A stretch of DNA of 64,000 nucleotides, taken from positions 14,384,001-14,448,000 of the forward strand of contig NC_058386.1 of NCBI RefSeq assembly GCF_018350175.1. Reading direction: 5' to 3'. Under the pieces are notes generated by a model. That model searched no databases. It saw only the letters and a program-made list of their open reading frames with translations, and was not told the origin of the DNA. The stretch's first letter is position 1, and each line of letters opens with the position of its first letter. Origin of the DNA: Felis catus (lineage: Eukaryota). The position numbers and the translations under genes are program-made. This document shows, in pieces, positions 61,534 through 64,000 of this stretch.

Positions 61534-62765
61534 CAGGATCAACTAAAGTTAATCAAGACTTTTTATCACATATCTCTCCTGAGCCTTTAACCATCTTAAA
61601 CCCACTGCAAACCTCCAAGAGAATACGTAGTATTTTCCAAACTAATTTGACCACAAAAACCTTTTTGAAAGAACTTTTGTAAGATACTCTGGAAATGCTA
61701 AGATTGAGTTTGAGGGCAGCTTTTTAGCCCTGATGACTAATTTTGAACTGATCAACAAGAGTTCCTCAGAATTTTTATACAGACCACTATTAAGTCAAGT
61801 CTCCCCATTCTTTATTTCCACAAATGATTGTTTTAAGCCTAAAAGCAGAATTTTACATTGATTTCTATTAAACATTTTAATGTTACAACATACTGGAATC
61901 TAAATGCTGTCATTTACCTTGGACATCCTTTCACTTGAGGGCTCTGATCTGGGGAGGGCTGGTTGCCCCGCAAAGGGACTTCCAAAGGGGCTTTCATATA
62001 ATCAAGCCCCTTGACCCTTTGTTTCAGGCAGCAATCATGATTTGATCTCACCTTGGGATTTCTGATCTATATCAGGCATGCCCTTGACACTCTCATTCAA
62101 CTAATCACCAAATGTCTTCCCTAGCCATATCTACTCTATTAGCCCTGGTTGGTGCCCCCCAGTCCCAGCTCTACCACACTTCCTGCTTTGATTGAGATCT
62201 TCTCCCGGATTCCACAGCAATGCCCCTGCCTAAACCCACTCCATCTGAAGAACATTTTCGGCAAAGCCCTTGTTATGCACGGTTTTTGACAGACAATTCG
62301 CTAGTGGAAGCCCCTGCCTACCTCCAACCATCATCTTGCAGCTATAACCACAGACTCCCAGCTGATGCCTGTTGGTTGAACCTACATCCCTTGGGTACCT
62401 GGGATCTTTCCCAGTCTCAAGTCAGGTGCAGGAGAGGCCCCAGTGACCAGTCCTTTGGCTACACATTAGTGACTTCTCTGGGGGGTTGATATTTCTTGAT
62501 GAAGCAACAGTCTTGGGCTATCTAATAGGAAAACAAGGATTTATGCTATCTAGTATGGAATTTCTATTCAAAAATATTTATATTGTACACATTTAAATAG
62601 GTTAAATTCAAGATACATTCAATTGCAAATAGTAAGAGAAAGAATTTTGAATTGATTTTTATAGATTTTGACTGGAAGATTCACTCAGAAATTTCAAAAA
62701 TATACACAAAACATGAAATCCTGATGTTTCAGTCTTTCCAAAACTTACACTAAAATTTATTGTCT

Positions 62766-62875
62766 AGGGGCACCTGGCTGGCTTAGTCAGTAGAGCATAC
62801 GACTCTTGATCTCGGGGTTCTAAGTACCACATTGGGTATAGAGAATTACTTAAAAAATTAAATCTCTTAAAAAAT
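62766..62875 (+). mobile_element. Short tRNA-type CAN-SINE
   Basis: ggggcacctggctggcttagtcagtagagcat...; TSD aaaat(t/g)tattgtcta. Confidence 0.92.
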
Positions 62876-63019
62876 GTATTGTCTATCCCCATTGAATATA
62901 TAAGTACCAGGTGGCTAAAATATTAGAATCACTTTATTTCCCTTTATATTTTATAAGTATAGCTTTCCCCCTCAAGGGAAAAAAAAATCAAGGAAATTGA
63001 TATATTAAGGATGATTCAA

Positions 63020-63800
63020 CAAGTCATTTAAAACATGATGATTGGAAAACATGAGTAAAGCAACAAGATCTTCAAGAAAATATTTAAAGTGAGCTTTGAA
63101 TGAACTCTCAGCCTAAAGTACTAATGGCTTAAAGGAAACAGGACAAAATACCATTTTGAGAGTTGATAATGAGGAGATTACAGTTAGGAAGGAACACAAT
63201 GGCAGATATATGATCTTGGAATTCAGAAGGGAATAAATAAGATGATTATCATATAGAAGTGCTGAAAAGCAAGAGTGAAAAGAACAGGCAAACAGTGCAT
63301 CCTAAATATTTGTTTCCTGAGGAAATGTGCTAGGAAGATAGAGACAGGCTGACAGACTATTCACCTGTTCAGTAAATGTGGGAAAGGTAGCTGTTGATTG
63401 TTTTATATGGCCAATCGTGTTTAATAGGGCTTTATAATGTGATCTCAGGGAGGTCATTTTCGACTGAGTTGGAAAATGCTAATGCCTATCAGAAGACTAA
63501 AAGATGAGTGAGGATTTGCTGGCCTGTTGGGAGAGATTATGACTGAATTTGATGCTGAAAAGCATACTTAAATCCATTGGGAAAGTCAGACACGACAGAG
63601 AGAATTTTGCAAGAGAAAGACATCAAGGGATTGTCCATATTTTAACTCCTCCACAGTACTCAAGTGTCAATAATGTAGCCCTGTCACTTGTCTCATTTGC
63701 TGCGGTGACTTTAGGTGGATTGGGAGACAAGCTAGGGATTACAGAAATGCCAAATTCTTGACTAAGAAGCTATATTTCTATTAGATTACATTAGATGCCA
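63020..63800 (+). mobile_element. Possible highly decayed CR1/L3 LINE fragment
   Basis: Purine-rich degenerate RT-like texture only; no clean translation. Confidence 0.3.
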
Positions 63801-63862
63801 ACTAGAAATTTCCTGACCTTTCGTTTTTGATCAGAATTCAGCAAACTTTCTGTAAAGGTCTA

Positions 63863-64000
63863 GTGTGCTAAGCAGAATAATGACCTACAAAAATGTCCAC
63901 ATCCTAATTCTTAGACCCTATGAATATGATACCCTACATGGTAGAAGAGACTTTGAAGATGTGATTAAGGTAAGGATCTTTGCTGGCGGGGTGTGTGTGT
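63863..64000 (+). mobile_element. Start of MLT1D-like LTR (inserted in a MER58 start at ~63832)
   Basis: tgtgctaagcagaataatg...aatgtccacatcctaat...gactttgaagatgtgattaag. Confidence 0.85.

Noticed and set aside
62766-62850. tRNA gene (A/B-box-like heads here and in all SINEs)
   Set aside because: tRNA-derived CAN-SINE heads with A tails and TSDs, not cloverleaf tRNA genes

Overview
Mammalian, almost certainly felid, non-coding genomic DNA from a draft assembly with 4 N-gaps. About 29 carnivore tRNA-derived CAN-SINEs are present, including young Felis-type copies. No intact protein-coding gene, RNA gene or CRISPR array is supported. The listed ORFs are either chance ORFs or decayed transposon frames (L1 ORF2, ERVL pol, Tc2/Kanga transposase). 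Much of the window is interspersed repeat: CAN-SINE, MIR, L1, L2, MaLR/ERVL/ERV1 LTRs, an ERVL pol fragment, and hAT and Tigger DNA transposons, often nested with readable target-site duplications. Family names come from my recall of consensus sequences, not a search, and boundaries of old repeats are approximate. The most notable unexplained signals are: a ~127-bp fold-back hairpin at 32.3 kb; a CpG-rich, well-delimited minus-strand non-coding exon candidate at 16.1 kb (weaker candidates at 40.3 and 54 kb, plus an LTR orientation bias, hint at a minus-strand host transcript); an intact-looking 864-bp Tigger-type element; a CpG-dense 22-bp tandem repeat carrying three NRF1 motifs; a tandem amplification across a SINE/LTR junction; and two SINEs sharing one target site. 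I found no convincing evidence of a new multi-gene biological system.
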